Positions 1-9,294 of a stretch of 64,000 nucleotides of DNA are shown here, piece by piece (position 1 is the stretch's first letter; each line of letters begins with the position of its first letter). Source of the DNA: a bacterium. GTDB lineage: Bacteria; Pseudomonadota; Alphaproteobacteria; SP197. Under the pieces are notes generated by a model. That model was not told the DNA's origin and did not search any database. It saw nothing but the letters and a program-made list of their open reading frames with translations. The position numbers were made by a program, and so were the translations under genes. Where the stretch lies: positions 24,309 to 88,308 of the forward strand of contig JAPPGE010000049.1 of assembly GCA_028821455.1 (NCBI GenBank), in the 5' to 3' direction.

Positions 1-5
1 GGTCT

Positions 6-494
6 TCAGAAGAACACCACCAGCAGCGCAACACCGGCCAATCCACCCATGATGAAGGTAGCGGCGCTGACGATACCGGTGAGCGTGCTCCAGTCGGCAA
101 GGCGCCATGTCTGGCCTTCGATGTTGAACATGACCTGGAAGCGGTCGTCGTCGCCATCGGCGAAACGCTTCAGGGCGGTTTCGGCGCCATGCGCTTCCTT
201 GATGGAGACCAGGGTCACGAGGATCATGCTCAGCGCCGATGTCAACGTGCCCAGACCGAAGACCAGCACCGTCGCCAGCGCGAACCAGTGGAAGGCTCCC
301 TCGTTTTCACCCGTGGTGGTGCTCATGAAGCCGATGATGAGAGCAGCGCCACCGGCATTGCCGAACAGGAGAAGACGAACCGACTCGAGGAGCATCCGGA
401 ACATGACGTTGCGGCGCATGGCAACGACCTTGTATCCCTCCCGGAGCCACTCCTCGCCGGTCTCTTCCAGGGAAAAGTCATGGAGTTTCTTCAC
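6..494 (-). CDS. Small membrane protein of unknown function (about 3 TM helices), last visible gene of the metal/SPFH operon
   Basis: 162-aa ORF with hydrophobic stretches; GTG start overlaps the upstream TGA (GTGA); truncated paralog at 58173. Confidence 0.75.
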   Translation of the reverse strand: MKKLHDFSLEETGEEWLREGYKVVAMRRNVMFRMLLESVRLLLFGNAGGAALIIGFMSTTTGENEGAFHWFALATVLVFGLGTLTSALSMILVTLVSIKEAHGAETALKRFADGDDDRFQVMFNIEGQTWRLADWSTLTGIVSAATFIMGGLAGVALLVVFF

Positions 495-1672
495 TCGGCG
501 GCCTCCCTTTCGGAATTGTAGCCGGAAAGGTCAACGATTCGCACGTAGTCCGAGCCGACATTGCTACCCTCGTCGAAGGAGACCACCCAGTCGTCGATAT
601 GGACGGGATCCCGCGACAGTGCCACTGTCAGAAAGACCTCCCGACTCAACTCGTCCGGCATGCGTTTCAGAACTTCGACGATGAAACGACCCACGATATA
701 GCCTTCCAGGCTGAACAGGTTCACGACACCCTCCGCGATCTCCGGTTCGGTGTTCCGGTAGGCGTCGAGGGCGAGGCGGAAGCGTCTCACCAGCGCAATG
801 TTCTCGTTGGCGAAGTCTGGAATGACTCTCGTCAGGAAGATCCGTTCGTTCGAGAAGTCCAGCGACGCCTCGAGGCGCCCGCTGTCAACAAAGGACAGGA
901 GGCCGAAGGAATAGTCGTTGCCGAGGGATCGCGATGTGTTGATCACTTCGGCGGCCGGTCCGAGAGTGGTGGCCAGCAACACGACGTCCAGATCCGCCTT
1001 TTCCATGTCGAACACTGTCGAGTGCACGGCATGGGAGTGCCGCGAGTAGGCCGCCTTGGCAAGAATCGAGAGATCGAAGGATCTCAGGGCGTCCTCGTAG
1101 CTGTCGATCACGGTGCGACCGAACGAGTCGTCCTGATGAATGATACCGAACCGGCGGGCGTTCAGGTTTTCGACGAAGTGCTCGACCAGGTGCCGCGTTT
1201 CCTCGGAGTACCCGGCGCGCAGGTTCACCACGTTGGGATTTCGCCGGGTGTCGCTCAGAAAATCGGCCCCTGTGAGGTGGCCGACGAAGGGCATCAACGC
1301 CTTCCTGAAGATAGATACCATGCGTTCGGTCGTCGGCGTGCCGACACCGCCCAGGACGGCAAACACTTCCTCGCCATCGACGAACCGGTCCGCGTTGGCT
1401 GCCGCCCGGTCCGGATCGTAACCGTCGTCCAGCGCCAGGAGCACCAGTTGTCTGCCGTTGACACCGCCGCCGGCGTTGAACTCATGGAACGCGGTCAGTA
1501 TGCCATCGCGGTACTGGATTCCCGCGTACCCGCAGGAGCCGCTGAAGCAACCGCTCTGTCCAAAGACGATAGAATTCTCGGTTACGCCTGGCGCTGCTGC
1601 CGACGCGTCGAAGGAAGCCTCCGCCGTCAGCACAATGAAGATGGCGGCAACACGGCTAATGGTCGCCGCCAT
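491..1672 (-). CDS. Periplasmic substrate-binding protein, LivJ/branched-chain amino acid (PBP type 1) fold
   Basis: Signal peptide; GGVNGRQL..DDGYDP, GGVGTPT, QDDSFG and SLEGY motifs; paralog at 56975. Confidence 0.85.
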   Translation of the reverse strand: MAATISRVAAIFIVLTAEASFDASAAAPGVTENSIVFGQSGCFSGSCGYAGIQYRDGILTAFHEFNAGGGVNGRQLVLLALDDGYDPDRAAANADRFVDGEEVFAVLGGVGTPTTERMVSIFRKALMPFVGHLTGADFLSDTRRNPNVVNLRAGYSEETRHLVEHFVENLNARRFGIIHQDDSFGRTVIDSYEDALRSFDLSILAKAAYSRHSHAVHSTVFDMEKADLDVVLLATTLGPAAEVINTSRSLGNDYSFGLLSFVDSGRLEASLDFSNERIFLTRVIPDFANENIALVRRFRLALDAYRNTEPEIAEGVVNLFSLEGYIVGRFIVEVLKRMPDELSREVFLTVALSRDPVHIDDWVVSFDEGSNVGSDYVRIVDLSGYNSEREAAE

Positions 1673-3044
1673 CTTGTTTCTCTTCTGCCGGCGCGCTTTG
1701 TCCTTCCGACGGCTCGGTTGTCATTGCCGTCGAAGTTTCCCGTCCCTTCTGGACGTCTTCGCTTGTATCAATGATCGTCGTCTCGACCATTGGCTGCTCG
1801 GACTGCTCCACCGCCGTCCAGACAGATGTAGGCGCGACATGGCGATGAGAGAAGATGGAAAGATCGTCGAAAATCAGGGAACGCAGTTCGGCAGTGCCCA
1901 GATGATGGCGTTCGCTCCTGGGCGAATGGAAACGTCCGTCCAGGAGATAACGATCCGACTGCACCGCCTCGATACCGTGTGCTCCTCTCTCACTTGCGAG
2001 CGTGATCGAGGGCCCGGCCCCGATCAGGCTCCCCGCGGGCTCCGCAGCTGCCGTGGTCACCTCGGGCAGCCTGCCAACGCCGGGCACGAAACTCTCGATC
2101 ATGTTGATGTCGATGGTCGAGGTGTCGTCCGGGTTGACCTTTGCCAACGTCGCATCCCGGAAGACTTCACGCATTCTCTGCCAGTAGCGTGTCGTGGAGA
2201 CCGAAGAGGGCTCGCTTCGATATGCGTCCAGCAGGTCCAGGTAGGCTTGCGCGCTGCTTGCGGCCTGCAACCGGCGTTCTCTCGCCCTGGCCCTGGCGTT
2301 CAGCACCACTGCCTCGGCCTGACCCCTGCTGCGGGCCAGGAGCTGTTCCGCCCGCCTGTTGGCCTCGCTCACGGTCTCGATGCTCTCGGCGATGGCATCA
2401 CTCACATCGCGGAAGGCGGCCACGGTTTCATCGATGGGACGCAGGCCCACGATATTGAGCGCCAGCAATTCGACGCCGATGTCGTTGGCGTCCAGAAAGG
2501 TCTGCGTTTCCTCGAACAGGCGCCGTTGAATGATATCGCGGCTGTTGGTGAATATGAGATCGATGAAGCTGTTGCTCATGTTGCCGACCAGGCGTTCGCG
2601 GACGACGAGGGCGAGCACGGCATGCGGGTCGGAAGTCGCGTAGAGATAGTTCCTCAGACTGCCGATCCTGTATTGCAGCGCCACGTCCACCTCGAAGAGG
2701 TTCGTGTCGCCCGAGAGGATCGAAAAATAGACGTTGCCGTCTGCATCCTGTGTCGCCACGTTCTGCCGGGTCACGCGCATGACCTTCCGCACGTGGGCCT
2801 GTTCAATCAGCGGGAACACGTAGTGAAGACCAGGCGAGACCTTCATGTTCACCACCTTGCCGAAACGCGTGACGACCGCCTGTTCCTCCTTCTTCACGAC
2901 GTAGAAACCGCTCGCCAGCACGGCGAGCACGGCAAGCAACACGAGTGACAGCAACAGAGGCCGACGCCGTTCACGCACCCAGTCAAAGCTCGAGTAGATG
3001 AAGCGTGTGCTCCAGGGGAGTTGTTCGGCAGACGTGTCAGACAT
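1656..3044 (-). CDS. hflK: HflK-like SPFH (band 7) membrane protein with a His-containing, acidic C-terminal extension
   Basis: TM anchor then GFYVVKKEEQAVVTRFGK..PGLHY, LSGDTNL..V..QYRI, AFRDV, ARSRGQA motifs. Confidence 0.8.
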   Translation of the reverse strand: MSDTSAEQLPWSTRFIYSSFDWVRERRRPLLLSLVLLAVLAVLASGFYVVKKEEQAVVTRFGKVVNMKVSPGLHYVFPLIEQAHVRKVMRVTRQNVATQDADGNVYFSILSGDTNLFEVDVALQYRIGSLRNYLYATSDPHAVLALVVRERLVGNMSNSFIDLIFTNSRDIIQRRLFEETQTFLDANDIGVELLALNIVGLRPIDETVAAFRDVSDAIAESIETVSEANRRAEQLLARSRGQAEAVVLNARARARERRLQAASSAQAYLDLLDAYRSEPSSVSTTRYWQRMREVFRDATLAKVNPDDTSTIDINMIESFVPGVGRLPEVTTAAAEPAGSLIGAGPSITLASERGAHGIEAVQSDRYLLDGRFHSPRSERHHLGTAELRSLIFDDLSIFSHRHVAPTSVWTAVEQSEQPMVETTIIDTSEDVQKGRETSTAMTTEPSEGQSAPAEEKQDGGDH

Positions 3045-3056
3045 GAGTTCGACCCG

Positions 3057-3962
3057 TCACTCCGGCGCCGGCGGCGGCAGCATCCCGTCGCCGTCAAGAT
3101 ACCTGAACAGCTCGCTGTCGGCGGGGAGTATCAGCGTCGTGTTCCTGTCAATGATCGCATCGTAGCTGTCGAGCGCCCGGATGAACTTGTAGAATTCAGG
3201 GTCTTCACTGTACGCGGCGGCCAGCGTGGACATCGCCTCGGCTTCGGCTTCTCCGAGAATGGTGGTGGCTTCGGCATGGGCGGTGGCCATGAGCTTTTCG
3301 TGCTCGTGGATGGCATAGGCCTCGATGCGTATGGCCGCTTCCTCTCCCTCGCTGCGGTAGCGTGCGGCAATCCGGGCGCGTTCGGAGATCATCCGCTGAA
3401 TGACACTGGGACGGTTTTCGGCCGGCAGGGTGTACTCGACGATTCCGATCTTCATGACGTCTATGCCGTAGTCCTCGGCAATCGGTTTGACCAGATCGAG
3501 GATCTCGCCGGAAATCAGGGAGACGTCCTCATGTTCCAGGCCGAGGCTCACGAACACTTCACGGGGCTTGTTGCTGACCACGATGCCGGCGCTCGATCGG
3601 TACAGGTCGCTGAGGCGCTCGACGGCCCTGACCTCGGTTCTGATCGATTCCACGTAGCGAACCGGGTCCGTGACGCGCCACAACAGATAGCCGTCGACCA
3701 GGACGTTTTTCTGGTCTTCGGTAATGAGCTCCTGGCTCAGGTTGGTGAGCGGATGGATGCGACGGTCGACCTTGTAGATCTTCGAGACGGGCCACGGGAA
3801 CTTGAAATGCAGGCCCGGTTCCTTCACCGGCGGCGCGATCTTGCCGAAGTGGGTGAGGACGCCTTGCTGCGATTCATCAATGGTGTAGATGCTGTCGTAG
3901 ACAACGATGGCGAGCAGCAGGACTGCGATCACGGCCGTGATCCGTTTGCCTCCTCTGGTCAT
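3057..3962 (-). CDS. hflC: HflC-like SPFH protein
   Basis: IDESQQGVLTHFGK..EPGLHFK.P, ITEDQKN..VD, RMISER, RSEGEE, DPEFYKFIRALDSY; AGGAGA RBS before ATG 3962. Confidence 0.85.
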   Translation of the reverse strand: MTRGGKRITAVIAVLLLAIVVYDSIYTIDESQQGVLTHFGKIAPPVKEPGLHFKFPWPVSKIYKVDRRIHPLTNLSQELITEDQKNVLVDGYLLWRVTDPVRYVESIRTEVRAVERLSDLYRSSAGIVVSNKPREVFVSLGLEHEDVSLISGEILDLVKPIAEDYGIDVMKIGIVEYTLPAENRPSVIQRMISERARIAARYRSEGEEAAIRIEAYAIHEHEKLMATAHAEATTILGEAEAEAMSTLAAAYSEDPEFYKFIRALDSYDAIIDRNTTLILPADSELFRYLDGDGMLPPPAPE

Positions 3963-4023
3963 GGCGAGTCTCCTACGGTTCCAGTCGCGGTCGCATCCCG
4001 AAGGACGCGCCCGGTAGGTCGTC

Positions 4024-6306
4024 TCAATGGTGGGGCGCCATTGGCGTGGCACCGCCGTTCGATGATTTCCACAAGGCTACCTTGTTCAGGGTTTCTTCGC
4101 TTGGAACGATGATCTTGTTCCTGCCGGAAAGCGAGGTCTCCAGCTTCTCTCTCCAGAGCATGTTGTGAAGGACGCCAGGCGTCAGGCGAACCACGTCGGC
4201 AATCACGCGAATGGCTTCGCTCTCCGCCTCGGAGGTGATCGTCCGGCGTGCCGCTTCTCCCTTGGCCTGCTCGAGTTCGTAGAACGCGTTGCCATGCGCC
4301 CGGGGTATCAACATGACCAGCAGGCGCTGGGCATTGACGATGATGCGTTCCCTGTCGTCCTGGGAGCTCGAAACCTCCCTGAAGGCGCTCATCGTTGCTT
4401 CGATGGGTTTCGCGGAAAGCAGGTTCACCTTGACGAGTTCGATGGTGTCGAGCACTTCGCTGTCCCCGCCCGCGGCACGGTTCTCGAAGACATCCGCAAT
4501 GTGGGCCTGCAGGGCCGCGCGCTCGACGTTCAGCAGCTCGTCCAGGGTCCGTCCGGCCACGAACTTGCGGAGTTCCTTGCGCACATTGTCGACGATGGCC
4601 TGTGCCGGGTTCGCGGTCCGATAGTGATAGGTATAGGGGTCGCTGACCCGGTACTGCACGTTCACCGACATTGACATGAGATTGACATCGCCGGTGAGAT
4701 ACTCGTAGCTGTCACCGCTGTTGATGGACTTCACTTCGCTGACCGGCCACTTGTCAGCCCTGACGAAGGGGCTTGGCGCAAGATAATGCAGGCCCGGCGC
4801 CAGGTCTTTCCAGACGACTGCGCCGAAAAGGCGTCCATAGCCGACTTCGCCCGGCTTCACGATGGTGAAGCCGCTCAAAAGGAACGCGGCGACGAGTGTC
4901 AGCCAGACGGCCCTTCCGGCGGGCGTGCGCGGGTTGACGGCCCCCGTTACCGGTCGATCGCGGGTGGCGCGGGACCACCATGCCTTGAAAGGCACGGAAA
5001 CCGGGCGCAGGTTCGAAAGCAGATCATGGTATCCGCTCGCCAACGCTCCGGCGCGGAACCGCCAGATGATGAGGGCGATGAGCCCGATAGCGCCGCCCCA
5101 CTGCACGATCATGATTGCCGGCGAATCGGAAGCGTCCAGGTTCACGGTCAGCGAGAGGCCAAACGCGATCATGAGCAAATCGATGGCAATGCCCAGCGCC
5201 ATCGTAACCACCACCACGGAGCCGACGTAGATGGACGCGAAGCGCGCGCCGAACTGGCTTACGATGATGGCGATCGTCCCGGTGTTGGTGGCAGGACCGG
5301 TCATCAGGAAGATGAGCGCCGCGCCGGGACTGAATCCCTTGGCGACCAGGGCCGCCGCGATCGGCGTGCTGGCGGAGGCGCAGATATAGAGGGGGATACC
5401 CACCAGGACCATGACGGGGTACGAGATCCAGCGGGCGTACTCGTGGGCCATGAGGTCGCTGGGTATCGCGAGGTAGATGAGGCCGCCAAGCGCAACACCG
5501 ACCAGCAGGGCGAACAGGATATCGTCGGCGACGTCGACGAAGCCGTAACGCAGAATGTGTCGGCAGACGGTCGCGAACGTGACGCCACCAAGGTTCCGCT
5601 CCGACTCGGAACTCGGAGACGGGGTCTCCCGGGAAGGCGTTAGGTACTCGCGGTAGAACTCCGGCTTGATCCATGTGGTGGTCCGAATGCGCCCCACGCT
5701 TTCGCTCAGGCGACGAATCCAGACCAGGAAGAATCCCCTGAGTTCGCTCGGACTCACATAGCAGTCATCAGCGCCCGGAATGAGCGGTTCGTGGTCGTGG
5801 GAGTGACCATGACTGTGATCGTGGCCGTGACTGTGACTGTGATCGTGGACTTCATGGTCCTCGTCTTCCGCGACCGTTTCGAAGGCGTCGCGACCGCGGA
5901 TCAACCCGATACAGAAGATGCCCGCCACCACACCCGTGATGAAGCTGACGACGGGTCTCACGACTGCGGGAATGAAGCCGAAGAATGCCTGGGTGACCAG
6001 AATCGAGTCCACCCCGGTCTCCGGAGCGGTGATCAGGAAGGACATGCAGGACGATCGGGATGCTCCCTTGCGGCGCATCTCCGCCACGACCGGCACCACC
6101 GAACAGCTGCAGAGCGGCATGGGAACACCGATGGCCGCGCTGGAAGAGACCGACTTGAGGCTGTCCTGCTTCAGCCACTTGAGAACGGCCTCCCGTGATA
6201 TGAACACATGGATCAGTCCCGCCAGGAACAGGCCGAGAAGGAGCATCGGCGCCAGAACGAGAAACGACGACCACAGGAAATCGAAGAACAGCGTCAGTTG
6301 GTCCAT
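4024..6306 (-). CDS. ArsP/DUF318 (SO_0444-like) metal permease with a His-rich loop, fused to a C-terminal HflK-like SPFH domain
   Basis: PLCSCSVVP, APETGVDS, PLYICASASTP, GPATN motifs; HDHSHSHGHDHSHGHSHDH loop; C-terminal GFTIVKPGEVG..FG..PGLHY, LTGDVNL, QYRV, IPRAHGNA. Confidence 0.85.
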   Translation of the reverse strand: MDQLTLFFDFLWSSFLVLAPMLLLGLFLAGLIHVFISREAVLKWLKQDSLKSVSSSAAIGVPMPLCSCSVVPVVAEMRRKGASRSSCMSFLITAPETGVDSILVTQAFFGFIPAVVRPVVSFITGVVAGIFCIGLIRGRDAFETVAEDEDHEVHDHSHSHGHDHSHGHSHDHEPLIPGADDCYVSPSELRGFFLVWIRRLSESVGRIRTTTWIKPEFYREYLTPSRETPSPSSESERNLGGVTFATVCRHILRYGFVDVADDILFALLVGVALGGLIYLAIPSDLMAHEYARWISYPVMVLVGIPLYICASASTPIAAALVAKGFSPGAALIFLMTGPATNTGTIAIIVSQFGARFASIYVGSVVVVTMALGIAIDLLMIAFGLSLTVNLDASDSPAIMIVQWGGAIGLIALIIWRFRAGALASGYHDLLSNLRPVSVPFKAWWSRATRDRPVTGAVNPRTPAGRAVWLTLVAAFLLSGFTIVKPGEVGYGRLFGAVVWKDLAPGLHYLAPSPFVRADKWPVSEVKSINSGDSYEYLTGDVNLMSMSVNVQYRVSDPYTYHYRTANPAQAIVDNVRKELRKFVAGRTLDELLNVERAALQAHIADVFENRAAGGDSEVLDTIELVKVNLLSAKPIEATMSAFREVSSSQDDRERIIVNAQRLLVMLIPRAHGNAFYELEQAKGEAARRTITSEAESEAIRVIADVVRLTPGVLHNMLWREKLETSLSGRNKIIVPSEETLNKVALWKSSNGGATPMAPHH
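5791..5848 (-). repeat. Low-complexity His-X codon repeat in the permease loop
   Basis: Repeated gtgact/gtgatc/gtggcc units encoding HDHSHSHGHDHSHGHSHDH. Confidence 0.7.
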
Positions 6307-6443
6307 GACAGCGTGTCGTCCAGCGGTCTCCGGTGCCACACGGTACCCGATGGCAGGGGATGTGTCGATGTAGTCCTAGGGAATTCTGGTGACTGCGGGT
6401 GATCCTCCCGAAAGTCGGATGTCCGGTCTGCTTGCCACCGGGT

Positions 6444-7436
6444 TCAGGGGTCTCCCAGGCACCCGGCGATGGCGTCACCGAGGGCGCGCATCATCTCGAA
6501 CCATGCGTCCGGACCCGGTTCGAAATCGACACCGATTGGGTCGAGTTCCGCGGTGCGCACGGTCGTTCCCTCGGTCAGGGTCTCCACGAGGTCCGGTGGA
6601 AACTGGGGCTCGATGAAGACGCAACGGACATCGTGCTCGACAAGGGCCTCGCGCAGTTCGACGATCCGCTTCGTGCCGGGCGGGCGGCCCGGATCGACGG
6701 CGACGGCACCCACGGTGTTGAGACCGAATGCATGCTCGAAATACTGGTAGCCGTCGTGGAACACGACGAATGCACGCTCATGTACCGGCTCCAGCTGCTC
6801 CGCGAGTGACGCTTCCAGTGTGGCGATGCGCTCAAGCATCGAATCGGCGTTGCTGAAATAGATTTCGGCGCCGTCAGGGTCGATGCGGCTGAGCGCGTCG
6901 GCGGAGACTTCGACAATCCGGCTGGCATTTCCGGGATCGAGCCAGATGTGCATATCGAATTCGCCGTGATCGTGACCGTGATCGTCATGTTCGTCGACGT
7001 GTGCTTCCTTGTGCTCGTCGTGCTCGTCGGGCCATAGACCGCCCTCGCGGGTGGGCAACAACTCCATCCTCGCCACTTCGTGCAAGGTGACGACTTCGGC
7101 GTCGGCTCCGAGGTTCTCGATGGGACGCTCGAGGAACATTTCCATGTTCTCGCCGATCCACACGATGAGGTCCGCCGCGTTCAGCGCCTGCGCCTCGGAC
7201 GGGCGCATCTGGTAGGTATGGGGCGACGCGGCGCCCGTGACCATCAGCCCGGGTTCACCGGTCTCTCCCATCACGCCGGAGACAAGGGAATGGATTGGCT
7301 GGATGCTCACGACGACATCCGTTGCCTGAGCATGCGGCACGGAAACGAAGGCAAGGCCGCAAAGGGCGGTACAGACCGCACCCTTGCGCACGGTCATCGA
7401 CCGCGCGGAACACAAGAGGCGCATGATACTCTGCAT
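6444..7436 (-). CDS. znuA: Zinc/metal substrate-binding protein (ZnuA/TroA cluster)
   Basis: VVVSIQPIHSLV, SPHTY, His/acid-rich loop, DMHIWLDP, FHDGYQYF, EPQF, LDPIG; GGAGA RBS before ATG 7436. Confidence 0.88.
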   Translation of the reverse strand: MQSIMRLLCSARSMTVRKGAVCTALCGLAFVSVPHAQATDVVVSIQPIHSLVSGVMGETGEPGLMVTGAASPHTYQMRPSEAQALNAADLIVWIGENMEMFLERPIENLGADAEVVTLHEVARMELLPTREGGLWPDEHDEHKEAHVDEHDDHGHDHGEFDMHIWLDPGNASRIVEVSADALSRIDPDGAEIYFSNADSMLERIATLEASLAEQLEPVHERAFVVFHDGYQYFEHAFGLNTVGAVAVDPGRPPGTKRIVELREALVEHDVRCVFIEPQFPPDLVETLTEGTTVRTAELDPIGVDFEPGPDAWFEMMRALGDAIAGCLGDP

Positions 7437-7589
7437 GATGTGTCTCCAGTTTGAATTGCAGGGCGAAGGCCCCGCAGGTTCGCCTGGTGATCGCTCCCCC
7501 TTGAAGGATGGAAAGCAAGGAGCCCCGTCGCGGACGGCCTTCATCAAGGCCCGCGTCAGCCTGGACATGGCGGCCATGCCGACTTCATC

Positions 7590-7628
7590 GTGCCTCTTGG
7601 TTCAGTTCAAGCAACCACCAAGAGGCAC
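7590..7628. promoter_or_regulatory. Perfect 12-bp inverted repeat upstream of znuA (operator or RNA hairpin)
   Basis: GTGCCTCTTGGT (7590-7601), 15-nt spacer, ACCAAGAGGCAC (7617-7628). Confidence 0.45.
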
Positions 7629-8019
7629 AGGATAGTGTGCAGGGAGGCTCTTGCAACTCTCCCGGGATGTGAGGCGAGGATCCCGCGATGTCGGAGGCTT
7701 GTCCGAGGACCACCCTCGGTCATCAGTGGATTCGGGTCGGCGGACATGCGGCACAAGGCGCGGTGCCGATGGCGCGCCGTTTGACGCATGACGTCGCGGA
7801 CGCCTTGCGCCTTCCCTGGCAAGAACCCTGCGTCATGATCCTGGGAAGGTGCCGGCATCGTCCGGGAGTCCTGAGAATTGGTCGCTCAGGCGGATGACTG
7901 ACCGGGGCCGACGGCTGTATGGTGTGGTTCCTTGTTCCCCACGCGCGTGCGTTGAGTTCGGGCCGAATGTGCGTTGGAACGCCCATGCCGAACGGCGTTG
8001 ACCCCGGGAGACGCGCTTC

Positions 8020-9294
8020 GTGGACATGAGCCTGACAATCATTCTGATTGCGGCCATCGCCGCCGGTCTCTACATGGCCTGGGCGATCGGCGCCAACGAC
8101 GTGGCAAACTCGATGGGAACGTCGGTCGGCTCGGGCGCGATCACGGTCGGCGGCGCCATCGTGATAGCCGGAACGTTCGAGTTCCTGGGGGCGTTTCTTG
8201 CCGGCGGTGAGGTCACCTCGACGATCCGCAAGGGCATCATCGACGCCGAGGCGCTCGAGCACGATCCCGACCTGCTGGTCGTCGGCATGCTGGCAGCGCT
8301 TCTGGCGGCTGCCTCCTGGCTCACGGTCGCCTCCAGGTTTGGATGGCCCGTATCGACGACGCACTCGATCGTCGGAGCCATCATCGGGTTCGCCGTGGTC
8401 GCAATCGGCATCGAGGCCGTCCACTGGTGGGATGTGGCAACGATCGCAGCGAGCTGGGTGGTCACCCCGGTGCTCGCCGGATTGATCGCATTTCTCCTGG
8501 TGCTGAGCGTGCAGTGGCTGATCTTCGACAAGGACGATCCGGCCATCCAGGCCCGCCGGTATGTGCCCATCTACATCTTCGCCGCAGTGCTCGTGACCGC
8601 CACCGTGACCTTCGTCAAGGGCCTCAAACATGTCGGCCTGGATCTGAGCATGCCGATGGCGATCCTCTATTCGGTGCTCATGGCCGGCATGGTTGCCATC
8701 ATCTGCCGGCTGGTCATCAACAGATTGCGCTTCCGGAGCCTCGACGCTCCCACAGGGGGACAATCGCGGTTCAACGACGTCGAGAAAGTGTTCGGCATCC
8801 TCATGATCGTGACCGCGTCGGGCATGGCCTTCGCGCACGGCTCAAACGACGTTGCCAACGCGATCGGGCCTGTCGCCGCGATCGTGGGCGTGGTGTCGAC
8901 CGGCGGGGTCGCCGCAAAGTCGGCGGTTCCGGTCTGGGTGCTGCTGGTCGGCGCGGCCGGAATCGTCGTCGGCCTGGCGACGTTCGGTTACCGGGTCATG
9001 GCGACCATCGGCAGGAAGATCACCGAGCTCACGCCGAGCCGCGGATTCGCCGCCGAGTTCGCCGCCGCATCGACGGTCGTCGTGGCAAGCGGCACGGGAC
9101 TGCCGGTTTCGACCACCCAGACGCTGGTGGGCGCCGTGCTGGGGGTAGGGCTCGCGCGCGGGGTGGGGGCCCTCGATTTGGGCGTGGTCCGCAACATCTT
9201 CGTATCATGGGTGGTGACGCTTCCGGTCGGGGCGGCGCTCGCGGTTGCGTTCTATTTCGTCCTGTCGGCGATATTCCTTCAAGGGGCCGGATGA
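8020..9294 (+). CDS. pit: Inorganic phosphate transporter, PiT family
   Basis: GANDVANSMGT and HGSNDVANA signatures, PVSTTH/PVSTTQ, multiple TM helices. Confidence 0.93.
   Translation: MDMSLTIILIAAIAAGLYMAWAIGANDVANSMGTSVGSGAITVGGAIVIAGTFEFLGAFLAGGEVTSTIRKGIIDAEALEHDPDLLVVGMLAALLAAASWLTVASRFGWPVSTTHSIVGAIIGFAVVAIGIEAVHWWDVATIAASWVVTPVLAGLIAFLLVLSVQWLIFDKDDPAIQARRYVPIYIFAAVLVTATVTFVKGLKHVGLDLSMPMAILYSVLMAGMVAIICRLVINRLRFRSLDAPTGGQSRFNDVEKVFGILMIVTASGMAFAHGSNDVANAIGPVAAIVGVVSTGGVAAKSAVPVWVLLVGAAGIVVGLATFGYRVMATIGRKITELTPSRGFAAEFAAASTVVVASGTGLPVSTTQTLVGAVLGVGLARGVGALDLGVVRNIFVSWVVTLPVGAALAVAFYFVLSAIFLQGAG

Noticed and set aside
8343-9290. N-terminal extension making GPP34 a 538-aa protein
   Set aside because: Out-of-frame overlap with pit; the real start is the ATGA overlap at 9291.
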